64,000 nucleotides of DNA from Geopsychrobacteraceae bacterium (lineage in GTDB: Bacteria > Desulfobacterota > Desulfuromonadia > Desulfuromonadales > Geopsychrobacteraceae), in NCBI GenBank assembly GCA_963676795.2, contig CAXXTB010000002.1, positions 155,647 to 219,646 on the forward strand, read 5' to 3'. Positions within the stretch are counted from its first letter, which is position 1. Every line of letters starts with the position of its first letter. Below the pieces are notes generated by a model that worked only from the letters and a program-made list of their open reading frames with translations, had not been told where the DNA came from and did no database searches. The translations under genes and the position numbers were made by a program. Shown here piece by piece: positions 47,602 to 57,335 of the stretch.

Positions 47602-47973
47602 ATGGCGCGTATGCTTATTGCTCTGCTGTTCGTGGCTCAGCCGGTCTGGGCCGCTGATGCCGGTGCTGCTCCGAGCCTGCTCGGCTCGGCCTTGAAGATG
47701 CTGGCCGTGATGGTCGTCCTGATCGGTATTCTGCTGCTCTTCTATGCGGCCAGCCGCAAAGGCTTTGGTGTCCTGCCGCAGCGCAAAGAAGGGTTGATCA
47801 AGGTCCTCGAGACCAAACCGCTGGGCGGGCGCAAGTTTCTCTGTGTGGTCAGGGTCGGTGGGGAGGAACTGCTGCTGGGCTTGAGCCATGACCGGATTGA
47901 ATGTCTGAGCAAGCTGACTCCCCGCAAGGACTTCTCTCAGACGCTAGATCAGGCAGAGAAGGACGAGTCATGA
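47602..47973 (+). CDS. fliO: flagellar biosynthesis protein FliO
   Basis: Single TM MLAVMVVLIGILLLFYA, ...LKVLETKPLGGRKFLCVVRVGGEELLLGLSHDRI. Confidence 0.8.
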   Translation: MARMLIALLFVAQPVWAADAGAAPSLLGSALKMLAVMVVLIGILLLFYAASRKGFGVLPQRKEGLIKVLETKPLGGRKFLCVVRVGGEELLLGLSHDRIECLSKLTPRKDFSQTLDQAEKDES

Positions 47974-48710
47974 GAAGCAAACTGTTACTGCTGTTGATTC
48001 TGGTTCTCCTGCCGAGGACGCTTTTTGCCGCAGGCTTGCCGACCATCACTCTCGGTGTCGGCGAGGCCAACTCGCCGGGTGAGGTTTCAACGGCCATCCA
48101 GATCCTGCTGCTGCTGACCATTTTGTCGGTGGCACCGGCAATTCTGTTGATGACCACCGGTTTTACCCGGATCGTCATCGTCTTGTCTTTCGTGCGTCAG
48201 GCGATGGGGACTCAAGGGGCACCATCCAACCAGATTGTCATCGGGCTTTCCCTGTTTCTGACCTTCTTTGTTATGGCGCCGGTTTTCAGTCAAATAAATG
48301 AACAGGCTCTGCAGCCCTATCTGCAGCAGCAGATCAATCAGGAGAAGGCGATCACCGAGGCGATCAAGCCGATGCGTGAGTTCATGTTTTCCCAGGTGTC
48401 CGAGCAGGATCTGCAACTCCTGGTCGATATCTCCAGATCGCCCCAACCGGAAAACAAGGACGATGTCTCAACTCTGACCCTGATTCCTGCCTTTATGCTT
48501 TCAGAACTCAAGCGCGCCTTTCAGATGGGGTTTCTGCTCTTCGTTCCTTTTCTGGTGATCGATATGATCGTCGCTTCGATCCTGATGGCGATGGGGATGA
48601 TGATGTTGCCACCGGTTATCGTTTCCCTGCCGTTCAAAATTCTGCTTTTTGTGCTGGTTGACGGCTGGTCGCTGGTGATCGGTTCTCTGGTTCAGAGTTT
48701 CGGGACCTGA
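47970..48710 (+). CDS. fliP: flagellar export apparatus protein FliP
   Basis: ATGA overlap with fliO. ...LLLLTILSVAPAILLMTTGFTRIVIVLSFVRQAMGTQ...GFLLFVPFLVIDMIVASILMAMGMMMLPP. Confidence 0.94.
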   Translation: MRSKLLLLLILVLLPRTLFAAGLPTITLGVGEANSPGEVSTAIQILLLLTILSVAPAILLMTTGFTRIVIVLSFVRQAMGTQGAPSNQIVIGLSLFLTFFVMAPVFSQINEQALQPYLQQQINQEKAITEAIKPMREFMFSQVSEQDLQLLVDISRSPQPENKDDVSTLTLIPAFMLSELKRAFQMGFLLFVPFLVIDMIVASILMAMGMMMLPPVIVSLPFKILLFVLVDGWSLVIGSLVQSFGT

Positions 48711-48729
48711 ATGTTGGGAGGACCTTCTC

Positions 48730-48999
48730 ATGACTCCTGAATTTGTTGTCAACATCGGCCGCCAGGCGATCGAAACGGTTTTGGTCTGCGCCGCACCGAT
48801 GCTGATCGTTGCCCTGCTGGTCGGTCTGATTATCAGCATCTTTCAGGCCGCGACACAGATCAATGAACAGACCATGACCTTCATTCCGAAGATCGTCGGG
48901 GTGTTTATTACGTTGCTGTTTTTCGCCCCCTGGATTATGCAGAAGACCATGGCTTTCATCACCATGATTTTCAGTCAGCTGCCGAATATCGGACACTGA
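48730..48999 (+). CDS. fliQ: flagellar export apparatus protein FliQ
   Basis: 89 aa, ...APMLIVALLVGLIISIFQAATQINEQTMTFIPKI. Confidence 0.93.
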   Translation: MTPEFVVNIGRQAIETVLVCAAPMLIVALLVGLIISIFQAATQINEQTMTFIPKIVGVFITLLFFAPWIMQKTMAFITMIFSQLPNIGH

Positions 49000-49000
49000 T

Positions 49001-49777
49001 ATGGAGCTCCCCGAGTTCTCCCTGCCCCTGTTGCAGGGGTTTCTGATCTGCCTTGCGCGCATTGCCGCCATGTTTTCCGCTATTCCCGTTTTCAGCGGTG
49101 CCCAGATCCCTTTTCAGCTGCGCGTCGCAGTCGCTTTCCTGTTCTCCCTGATCACCTATCCGGTTGTTGAACGCTTCCTGCCGGCTCAAAGCTTTACGCC
49201 GCTTGAGCTTGGCCTGGTCGTAGCTGGAGAGATCGTCCTCGGCCTGCTGGTCGGATTCCTCGCTCAGCTGGTCTTTATGGCGGCTGAATTTGCCGGTTCG
49301 ATCATCGGTTACAAGATGGGCTTTGCCGCAGCCAATGTCTTTGATCCGACCACCCAGCAGCAGGTTGCACTGATTTCCCAGTTTCAGGGAATTCTGGCGA
49401 TCCTTTTGTTTCTCAGCCTGAACGTTCATCATCTGTTTCTGCGGGCGATTGTGACCTCCTTTGAAATGCTGCCTCCGGGCGGACTCAACCTTAAGGGTGG
49501 GGCTATCCCGATGATTGTCGAAGTGCTCAATCATTCTTTTGTGCTCAGCATCAGGCTTGTCGCCCCTATTCTTGTCCTGCTGATTCTTTCCGTTTTAATT
49601 CTCGGCGTCATGGGCCGGGTTTTCCCCCAGCTCAACGTCTTTCTGCTCTCCTTTCCGCTCAATATCGGCATCGCCTTTATCGTTATGGGCCTGACCCTCG
49701 GGGTGATGGCCAGTATGCTCACTGAAGAATTTTCTCAACTTTCGGAACGATTTTTGCGTCTATTCAGTTTGATGTGA
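49001..49777 (+). CDS. fliR: flagellar export apparatus protein FliR
   Basis: 258 aa polytopic, follows fliQ by 1 nt. Confidence 0.9.
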   Translation: MELPEFSLPLLQGFLICLARIAAMFSAIPVFSGAQIPFQLRVAVAFLFSLITYPVVERFLPAQSFTPLELGLVVAGEIVLGLLVGFLAQLVFMAAEFAGSIIGYKMGFAAANVFDPTTQQQVALISQFQGILAILLFLSLNVHHLFLRAIVTSFEMLPPGGLNLKGGAIPMIVEVLNHSFVLSIRLVAPILVLLILSVLILGVMGRVFPQLNVFLLSFPLNIGIAFIVMGLTLGVMASMLTEEFSQLSERFLRLFSLM

Positions 49778-49877
49778 CCTTCCTGGCTGCTGGTGCCAAA
49801 ATTCCGGCATGGAAGACTTCATAGAACTCTGATTTTTGGACTGTGTCAAAATTGTTGCCGCAGCCGGAGATGCGAAG

Positions 49878-50936
49878 ATGGCGGAAGAATCCGGACAGGA
49901 ACGGACAGAGAATGCGACCGGTAAGCGGAGGAAGGATTTCCGTGACAAGGGGCAGGTTGCACAAAGCAAAGAGGTCGGAACCGCAGCTCTGCTGACGACC
50001 TCGTTGCTGCTCTGGGTCTTCTATGCCAGGTATTTCTGGAGAGATCTGGAGTCAATTTATCGCGAGGTTTTTGAGCTGATGGCTCACCTCGAGGTGACCA
50101 GTCAGTCGATGACCCTGTTCGGCTGGCAGGTTGCGAAATTCATGATCGGGCTGCTCTGGCCGATCTTTCTGCTGACGCTGGTGGTCGGTTTCTTTGCCTC
50201 ATTTCTTCAGGTTGGTCCGCTCTTTTCGACCAAGGTCTTCAAGCCTGATATCGCCAAATTCAACCCGATCAAAGGGATGTCCAAATTCGTCTCCAAGCGC
50301 AGTGCCGTTGAATTGGTCAAGTCTCTGGCCAAGGTCGCGCTGATCGGGTTTATCGCCTACAAGACGGTTGCCGGAGAATTTGACGCGGCCCTGACCCTGG
50401 TTTCCCAGGATCTTCACCAGATGCTGGTTTTCCTCGCCCATGTCGCCTTCCTGGTGTTCGCCAAATGCTGCGGGGTGATTATTGTGCTGGCGATCATAGA
50501 TTTCGGTTTCAGTAAATATGAGATGGAGCAACGGATGAAGATGACCAAGCAGGAAATCAAAGAAGAGCACAAGGAAACGGAAGGGGATCCGAAGGTCAAG
50601 TCGCGGATCCGTTCGATGCAGATGCAGGCAGCCCGGCGGCGGATGATGGCGGAGGTGCCGAAGGCCGATGTCATCATCACCAATCCGACCCACCTGTCGG
50701 TGGCTTTAAGTTATGAGCGGGGGAGTATGGGGGCGCCGAAGATTATCGCCAAGGGGGCGGATCATGTGGCCTTCAGGATCCGTGAAATCGCCCGCGAACA
50801 CAAGATTCCTATCATTGAAAACAAGCCGGTGGCACGGGCTTTGTACAAGCAGGAGATAGGGGAAGAAATTCCTGAAGAAATGTTTACCGCTGTAGCCGAG
50901 ATTCTGGCCTACGTCTACAGCCTGAAGAAGCATTAA
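49878..50936 (+). CDS. flhB: flagellar export switch protein FlhB
   Basis: MAEESGQERTENATGKRRKDFRDKGQVAQSKE; autocleavage site ITNPTHLSVAL (NPTH). Confidence 0.94.
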   Translation: MAEESGQERTENATGKRRKDFRDKGQVAQSKEVGTAALLTTSLLLWVFYARYFWRDLESIYREVFELMAHLEVTSQSMTLFGWQVAKFMIGLLWPIFLLTLVVGFFASFLQVGPLFSTKVFKPDIAKFNPIKGMSKFVSKRSAVELVKSLAKVALIGFIAYKTVAGEFDAALTLVSQDLHQMLVFLAHVAFLVFAKCCGVIIVLAIIDFGFSKYEMEQRMKMTKQEIKEEHKETEGDPKVKSRIRSMQMQAARRRMMAEVPKADVIITNPTHLSVALSYERGSMGAPKIIAKGADHVAFRIREIAREHKIPIIENKPVARALYKQEIGEEIPEEMFTAVAEILAYVYSLKKH

Positions 50937-51030
50937 CATTTGATATGACAGAGATTTTAGAAAAAAATTAGCAGCTTTTTAACTGGGTCGGAAAATTGAC
51001 AGGCTGTCAGAAAGCGGACGACGGAGATAG

Positions 51031-53127
51031 ATGGATATGGCAACTCTCGATGGAATAATGCAGCAACGTTGGAAAGAAATGCTGATGCGCAGCGATATCC
51101 TTGTCGCTTTCGGACTGGTCCTGATTCTGATGCTGATGATTCTGCCGGTTCCGCCGCTGCTGCTTGACCTTTTCCTGTCGATGAACATCACCATCGGGCT
51201 GCTGATCCTGATTATCGCCCTGTATACGACAAAGGCCCTCGATTTTGCCATTTTCCCCAGCATCCTGCTGATCACGACCCTGTTTCGCCTCTCGCTCAAC
51301 GTCGCATCGACCCGTCTGATCCTGCTTCACGGTGACGAAGGTCCGTCAGCGGCCGGGACCGTCATCCAGTCGTTCGGTCAGTTTGTCGTCGGCGGCAACT
51401 ATGTTGTCGGTATCGTCATCTTTGTCATTCTGGTCATCATCAATTTCATGGTTATCACCAAGGGCGCCGGGCGGATCGCCGAGGTCGCCGCGCGTTTTAC
51501 CCTGGATGCGATGCCGGGCAAGCAGATGGCCATCGATGCCGATCTCAACGCCGGACTGATCAATGAAGATGACGCCCGGACCAGACGCATGGAGGTCGCT
51601 TCTGAAGCGGATTTCTACGGCGCGATGGACGGTGCCAGCAAGTTCGTCAAGGGGGACGCCGTCGCCGGTATCATCATTACCATGATCAATATCGGCGCGG
51701 GGTTTGTCATCGGTGTCATGCAGAAGGGGATGCCGATGGCCGAAGCTGCTGCAAACTATACGATTCTGACCGTCGGTGACGGTCTGGTCGGCCAGATTCC
51801 GGCGCTGATCATTTCCACCGGGGCCGGTATCATGGTCACCCGGACGGCTGGCGACGAGGATTTCGGCAGCCAGATGAAGAGACAGTTCTCCGTTCATCCC
51901 CGCGCTCTGTGGGTGGTCTCCGCAACCCTGCTGGTCTTTGCTCTGATCCCGGGTCTGCCGCACCTGCCGTTTCTGTTCCTCTCTGTCATCGTTGGGGTCA
52001 TCGCCTGGCGGGTCCAGAAGGCCGAAAAAGAGCAGCAGCTGGAAGCGGCGAGGCCTGAACTGCCGGCGCCGAAACAGCTGGAAGAAGAAAACTACGAGAA
52101 GATGCTCAGTGTTGACCTCCTTGAAATGGAAGTCGGCTATGGCCTGATTCCGCTGGTCGATACGGCGCAGAACGGGGAACTGCTGCCGCGCATCAAGTCG
52201 ATCCGCCGCCAGTTTGCTCTCGACATGGGCTTCATTGTCCCGCCGGTGCATATCAAAGACAACCTGCAGCTCAAGCCGAACGAGTATGCCATTGTCCTTA
52301 AGGGGGTCAAGATCGGCGGTGGCGAACTGCTGCCCGGCCATTTCCTGGCGATGAATCCGGGCACCGCGACCGAGGTGATCAAGGGGGTCAATACCGTCGA
52401 ACCGGCCTTCGGTCTGCCGGCGGTATGGATTTCCGAAGACAAGAAGGAGCGCGCCCAGATCTCCGGTTATACGGTCGTCGACAATACCACCGTTGTCGCC
52501 ACCCACTTAAGCGAACTGATCAAGCGTCACGGTCATGAACTGCTCGGCCGTCAGGAGACCCAGAATCTGCTTGACAACCTGGCCCACGACTATCCGAAGC
52601 TGGTCGAGGAGCTGGTACCAAACCTGCTCAGCCTCGGTGTCATCATGCGTGTTCTGCAAAATCTGCTGCGCGAAGGCGTTTCTGTGCGCGATCTGCGAAC
52701 TATTTTGGAGACTTTGGCAGATTGGGCACCAGTTGTGCATGATCCAGATCAACTGACCGAACATGTCAGGGCTGTGATGGCCCGCTCGATCAGTAACAAC
52801 TACAGTGAAGATGGGCAGGTACTTGAAGTGATGACCTTTGACCGCAAAGTCGAAAACATGATCCAGGAAGCGCTCCACACCACGGATCACGGTGCATATC
52901 TGGCTCTCGAGCCGGGTTTCGCCCAGGCGCTGATCAACAGCCTGAACAAGACTCTGCAGAAGGTGACGGCGGCGACACCGGTGCTGTTGTGTACGCCAAC
53001 AATCCGACTCCATGTCAAAAGGTTGACTGAACGTTATCTGCCGAATCTGGCAATTATCTCTCACAACGAGATCGCGCCTCATATGAAGGTCCGGTCGATA
53101 GGAACGGTGACTGTCGATGTTGGTTAG
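51031..53127 (+). CDS. flhA: flagellar export gate protein FlhA
   Basis: 698 aa; FHIPEP-type motifs ...VVGGNYVVGIVIFVILVIINFMVITKGAGRIAEVAARFTLDAMPGKQMAIDADL. Confidence 0.95.
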   Translation: MDMATLDGIMQQRWKEMLMRSDILVAFGLVLILMLMILPVPPLLLDLFLSMNITIGLLILIIALYTTKALDFAIFPSILLITTLFRLSLNVASTRLILLHGDEGPSAAGTVIQSFGQFVVGGNYVVGIVIFVILVIINFMVITKGAGRIAEVAARFTLDAMPGKQMAIDADLNAGLINEDDARTRRMEVASEADFYGAMDGASKFVKGDAVAGIIITMINIGAGFVIGVMQKGMPMAEAAANYTILTVGDGLVGQIPALIISTGAGIMVTRTAGDEDFGSQMKRQFSVHPRALWVVSATLLVFALIPGLPHLPFLFLSVIVGVIAWRVQKAEKEQQLEAARPELPAPKQLEEENYEKMLSVDLLEMEVGYGLIPLVDTAQNGELLPRIKSIRRQFALDMGFIVPPVHIKDNLQLKPNEYAIVLKGVKIGGGELLPGHFLAMNPGTATEVIKGVNTVEPAFGLPAVWISEDKKERAQISGYTVVDNTTVVATHLSELIKRHGHELLGRQETQNLLDNLAHDYPKLVEELVPNLLSLGVIMRVLQNLLREGVSVRDLRTILETLADWAPVVHDPDQLTEHVRAVMARSISNNYSEDGQVLEVMTFDRKVENMIQEALHTTDHGAYLALEPGFAQALINSLNKTLQKVTAATPVLLCTPTIRLHVKRLTERYLPNLAIISHNEIAPHMKVRSIGTVTVDVG

Positions 53128-54520
53128 AAAATTCGAAGCGGAAACGATGGCGGCTGCTCTGCAGCAGGTGAAGGAAACCTTGGGCTCGGATGCCCTGATC
53201 CTGTCGACCCGGACGATGGGTCGCAAAGGGCTCGGTGTGCTTGGCAAGCAGCTGATCGAGGTCACTGCCGCCATTGAATCGCCGGCGATGAAGGCTTCCG
53301 CAGCCAGGCTCGATAGTGGCCGTGTTCCGTCCGGCAAGACTCAGGCGCGAATTCCGGCTGCCTACAGCCAGCGTTTTGACCATCTTGACGATGAGAAGGT
53401 CTCCCTGACACGGCCGCTGCGCTCCGAACCTGTCGAGGTCGCCGGCATCCCCCTCGAGGATGAGGTCAGGGAGCTGCGGGCCAGACTCGAATCTCAGAAT
53501 TTTGACCAGCTGCAGGCCGAGCTGAGTGAACTGAAGAACCTGCTGCAGAGCCTGTCTCGCCAGAGTCTTCAGCAGCCAGTGTCCGCACCGCTGGCTCCGG
53601 TCGTCGCCGTACCGCAGATTGCCCCGGTTGAGCTTGCTGCGCAGGCGCCTAAGGCCGCCAGCGAACCGCGCCGTCCGCATATTGCCAAGTCTCCCGTTGC
53701 AGCTGCAGCTCCTCAAGGCCTGGATGATCTGGGCCAGTTGCTTGCCGACTGCGGTATCGACGCGGAAGCCGCAGCGACCATCGCCCGCTTCAGTGCCGCC
53801 AAAATGACTGCTGAGCAACGTCAGGACAGCGCGGAATGCCAACGCGTGCTGAGTTCAACCCTGGCCAGTCTGGTGCAGACCAGCGGGCCGCTGTGGCAAC
53901 CGGGTCAACCCCAGAAGCGTATCTCGCTGATCGGCGCGACCGGTGTCGGCAAGACGACGACGATCGCCAAGCTGGCCGCCGAAGCGATGACCAAAAGCCG
54001 GGCCCGTGTTGCCCTGGTGACCATTGACACTTACCGGATCGCCGCTGTCGAGCAGCTCAAGGTTTACGGCGAAATCATGGGCTTGCCTGTTGAGGTCGTG
54101 CTCTCTCCGGACCAGCTGCAGGAGGCTTTTAAGCGTCATGCCGATAAGGATCTGATCCTGATCGATACGGCCGGGCGCAGCCCGAAGGATGAGCCGCGCA
54201 TCGAAGAGCTGAACCTGTTCCTCGGCGAGGGCTCGGGGGTTGAAAACTGTCTGGTCCTTTCGGCCCCGACCGAAGAGCGCCTGCAGCGTAAAACCCTCAA
54301 GGCCTTCAGTAAGCTGCCACTTAAGCGTCTGATCTTCACCAAGCTGGATGAAGCCGATCGCTGTGGCTCGATGATTAATCTCTCAACCAGCAGCAATCTT
54401 CCCCTGGCCTACCTGACCAACGGCCAGAAGGTTCCTGAAGATCTGCTGATGGCCGCTCCGCAAACCGTTGCCGGGCTGGTCATGGAAGGCGCACAAGCTG
54501 AACGGAGGTTGGCGGTATGA
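53117..54520 (+). CDS. flhF: flagellar GTPase FlhF (SRP-like)
   Basis: MLVRKFEAETMAAALQQVKETLGSDALIL; G1 LIGATGVGKTTTIAKLA; DTAGR. Confidence 0.92.
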   Translation: MLVRKFEAETMAAALQQVKETLGSDALILSTRTMGRKGLGVLGKQLIEVTAAIESPAMKASAARLDSGRVPSGKTQARIPAAYSQRFDHLDDEKVSLTRPLRSEPVEVAGIPLEDEVRELRARLESQNFDQLQAELSELKNLLQSLSRQSLQQPVSAPLAPVVAVPQIAPVELAAQAPKAASEPRRPHIAKSPVAAAAPQGLDDLGQLLADCGIDAEAAATIARFSAAKMTAEQRQDSAECQRVLSSTLASLVQTSGPLWQPGQPQKRISLIGATGVGKTTTIAKLAAEAMTKSRARVALVTIDTYRIAAVEQLKVYGEIMGLPVEVVLSPDQLQEAFKRHADKDLILIDTAGRSPKDEPRIEELNLFLGEGSGVENCLVLSAPTEERLQRKTLKAFSKLPLKRLIFTKLDEADRCGSMINLSTSSNLPLAYLTNGQKVPEDLLMAAPQTVAGLVMEGAQAERRLAV

Positions 54521-55413
54521 TGAGCGGTGTTGATCAGGCAGGGACCTTGCGCAGCATGCGCGACAAACTTGAGCCAGTGGACAGTGAACTGCACATGGGG
54601 ACGACCCGGGTTCTGTCTGTGACCAGCGGCAAGGGCGGAGTCGGCAAGACGGCCGTAACCTCGAACGTTGCGGTGACCCTTGCCCGCCAGGGTTTGAAGG
54701 TGCTGGTCATCGACGCCGACCTGGGGCTGGCCAACATCGATGTGGTCCTCGGTCTGTCACCGACCTACAACCTGAATCATTTCTTCAACGGTGAACGCTC
54801 CCTTGAAGAGGTCATGATCGAAGGCCCCTACGGGCTGAAGATCCTGCCCGCCGGCTCTGGTGTCCAGCAGTATACCCGACTCGACAGCCAGCTGAAGATG
54901 CGCCTGATTGAAGCGCTCGACGGCCTTGGCGAGCACTTTGATGTGGTGCTGATCGATACCGAAGCGGGAATCTCCGACAACGTCACCTATTTCAACGTTG
55001 CGGCTCAGGACATCCTGGTCGTGACCACCCCGGAGCCGACCGCGATCACCGACGCCTACGCGCTGATGAAGCTGCTCTCGACCCAGTACCACCAGAAACG
55101 CTTCCTGCTGGTTGTCAACTCGGTGCGCAACGCCGACGAAGGGCTCGATGTCTTTGAAAAGCTGACCATGGTTTCAGGGCGATACCTCGATATCTATCTC
55201 GATTACCTGGGCTGTATCCCCTACGACAAAAAGATGCATGAATCGGTCCGCCAACAGAAGGTCATGGTCGATCTGTTTCCCGATCACAAGGTCGCCAGGG
55301 CCTTCACCGAGCTGGCCGAGACTCTGGCTGACATGCCGATCAACAATCAGGCGCAGGGAACTCTGCAATTCTTCTGGAAGCAGTTTCTGGGAGTGGGGAC
55401 GGAGGTAAGCTGA
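54517..55413 (+). CDS. flhG: MinD/ParA-type ATPase FlhG (FleN)
   Basis: VTSGKGGVGKTAVTSNVAVTLARQGLKVLVIDADLGLANIDVVLG; follows flhF with a 4-nt overlap. Confidence 0.9.
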   Translation: MMSGVDQAGTLRSMRDKLEPVDSELHMGTTRVLSVTSGKGGVGKTAVTSNVAVTLARQGLKVLVIDADLGLANIDVVLGLSPTYNLNHFFNGERSLEEVMIEGPYGLKILPAGSGVQQYTRLDSQLKMRLIEALDGLGEHFDVVLIDTEAGISDNVTYFNVAAQDILVVTTPEPTAITDAYALMKLLSTQYHQKRFLLVVNSVRNADEGLDVFEKLTMVSGRYLDIYLDYLGCIPYDKKMHESVRQQKVMVDLFPDHKVARAFTELAETLADMPINNQAQGTLQFFWKQFLGVGTEVS

Positions 55414-56168
55414 TGACCAACAGCTATGGCCCGCCGGGAGCTGTCGAGCGGGAAAAAATGATCGAATCCCATCTGTCGCTGGTCGATTTTCTGGTTGACC
55501 GGATGATGACCCAGGTGCCGGCTTTTGTCGACCGTGAGGATATCCGCAGCGCCGCGCTGATGGGGTTGATGGATGCGGCCAACCGCTTCGACCCGCGCCG
55601 TGGCGTTCTGTTCAAGACCTTTGCCGAACGGCGGATCCGCGGTTCGGTGTTCGATGAGGTCAGACGCATGGACTGGTTCTCCAGAACCTTGAGAGAGAAG
55701 CAGTCGCGGCTGTCAAGGGCGACTGAAGATCTGGCCAAAAGACTCGGACGCACCCCGGAGGATCCCGAACTGGCCGAGTATCTGGAGATGACCCTGGACG
55801 ATTTCCGTGAGCTGCAGCTGCAGGTCAGTCAGCTCGGTTATGTCAGCCTGAACGAAAATCTCGATGAGGACGACACCAACAGTCAGTCGTTTATCGACAA
55901 TCTGGAAGATACCAGCCTGGTCAGTGTTCAGGAACGGATGGAAGCCAACGAACTGACCAGGGAACTTGCCGGTTATCTCGAGCAGCTGTCCGATAAGGAG
56001 CGGTTGGTCATTGCCCTGCTCTACTACGAGGAGCTGTCCCAGAAGGAGATCTCTGAAGTTCTGGAGCTGTCGGAAGGGCGGATCTCCCAGCTGCACAGCC
56101 AGGCTCTGAGCAAGCTCAAAGGCAAGATGCGCCGCAGTATCTATGCCCAGCGCGGAGAGCAGGGATGA
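55413..56168 (+). CDS. fliA: flagellar sigma factor FliA (sigma28)
   Basis: Regions 2-4 of a sigma70-family protein; ...LLYYEELSQKEISEVLELSEGRISQLHSQALSKLK. Confidence 0.92.
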   Translation: MTNSYGPPGAVEREKMIESHLSLVDFLVDRMMTQVPAFVDREDIRSAALMGLMDAANRFDPRRGVLFKTFAERRIRGSVFDEVRRMDWFSRTLREKQSRLSRATEDLAKRLGRTPEDPELAEYLEMTLDDFRELQLQVSQLGYVSLNENLDEDDTNSQSFIDNLEDTSLVSVQERMEANELTRELAGYLEQLSDKERLVIALLYYEELSQKEISEVLELSEGRISQLHSQALSKLKGKMRRSIYAQRGEQG

Positions 56169-56533
56169 TGTCTGTCGGACTCTGGCTGACCTGTGCGGCG
56201 CTCTTTGTTGCACTTGCGGCGCTGCTGTTGAGTGTTTTCCTGCTGAGCGGGCAGCGACAGCTCAGGCTCCAGATCCGTGAGCTGGAAAGCAAAGAGAAGG
56301 AGCCGTCACGCGAGAGTTTCGATGCGCGTCTCGTGGTGGCCGAGGAAGAGTACCATCGGCAGCTGGCGACAGGCGCCGGGACCGCAGAAAAGTATCGTCT
56401 CGTCGAGGTCCTCTCCAGTCAGGGGCGCAGCAACGGCGAGATCGCCGAGCAACTCAGGATGTCGGACAGTGAAGTTGCCCAGCTGCTCAGTCTGGTCCGC
56501 TTGAAGCAGAACCACAATCAGGCCGGACACTAA
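56165..56533 (+). CDS. hypothetical single-pass membrane protein with C-terminal HTH-like segment, translationally coupled to fliA
   Basis: ATGA overlap with the fliA stop. TM LWLTCAALFVALAALLLSVFLL, coiled region, then GRSNGEIAEQLRMSDSEVAQLLSLVRL. Confidence 0.6.
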   Translation: MMSVGLWLTCAALFVALAALLLSVFLLSGQRQLRLQIRELESKEKEPSRESFDARLVVAEEEYHRQLATGAGTAEKYRLVEVLSSQGRSNGEIAEQLRMSDSEVAQLLSLVRLKQNHNQAGH

Positions 56534-56587
56534 AGAAATGACGAGAAGCTGTCGACAAGAATGGCAGATCAAGATGGAGTCTTAACC

Positions 56588-57313
56588 ATGCCGAGTGGAA
56601 AATATGGAGCCATATCCGGTGCCGTAGGGCGGATGGAGATGCTGGACAGGATCAGTGAGCATCTGGCTGCGGCCAAGACCCCCGGCTACAAGAAGGGGGT
56701 ATCAACCTTCGCGGCCAAGCTGGGGGAAGCGACCTCGGGGATGGCAACCAGTGCGACCAACTATACGCAGGTGACCAGGGAAGAGATCGATTTCACCCAT
56801 GGGGTCATGGAATACAGTGGTGATCCCCTTGATCTGGCGATCAACGGAGAAGGTTTCTTTCAGATACAGCGTCCCGACGGAACCCTTGGTTACACGCGTA
56901 AAGGGAATTTTCAGCTTACCGGCGAGGGGCAGCTGGTCGACAGCAACGGCTTTCCGCTGATGGGAGCCGGCGGGCCGATCACCCTGACCACCTCGGATGT
57001 CGACATCCTTCCCGATGGTTCGATCTGGGAAGGGGAACAGCAGCGTGGCCAGATACCGCTCTATCAGTTTGAGGATACCTCGATTCTGGAACGCGCCGGC
57101 AATGAACTGTTCGTCGCCTCAGACGGAAGTCAGCCGACGCTGATGGCACAGCCGGAGATGGTCCAGAAAAACCTCGAGACCTCGAATGTCGACATGATGC
57201 GTGAAATGATGCATATGACGACCAATATGCGCGCTTTCGAGGCGACCCAGAAGGCCTTGAGGATTTACAGCGATATGAATGCCAAGGCCTCGGACATCGG
57301 CCTGGTTCAATAA
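56588..57313 (+). CDS. flgF: flagellar basal-body rod protein FlgF
   Basis: MPSGKYGAISGAVGRMEMLDRISEHLAAAKTPGYKK...; C-terminal ETSNVDMMREMMHMTTNMRAFEATQKALRIYSDM. ATG after GGAG preferred to the track start 56561. Confidence 0.85.
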   Translation: MPSGKYGAISGAVGRMEMLDRISEHLAAAKTPGYKKGVSTFAAKLGEATSGMATSATNYTQVTREEIDFTHGVMEYSGDPLDLAINGEGFFQIQRPDGTLGYTRKGNFQLTGEGQLVDSNGFPLMGAGGPITLTTSDVDILPDGSIWEGEQQRGQIPLYQFEDTSILERAGNELFVASDGSQPTLMAQPEMVQKNLETSNVDMMREMMHMTTNMRAFEATQKALRIYSDMNAKASDIGLVQ

Positions 57314-57335
57314 GGATTGACCTAAGGAGTCAGCA

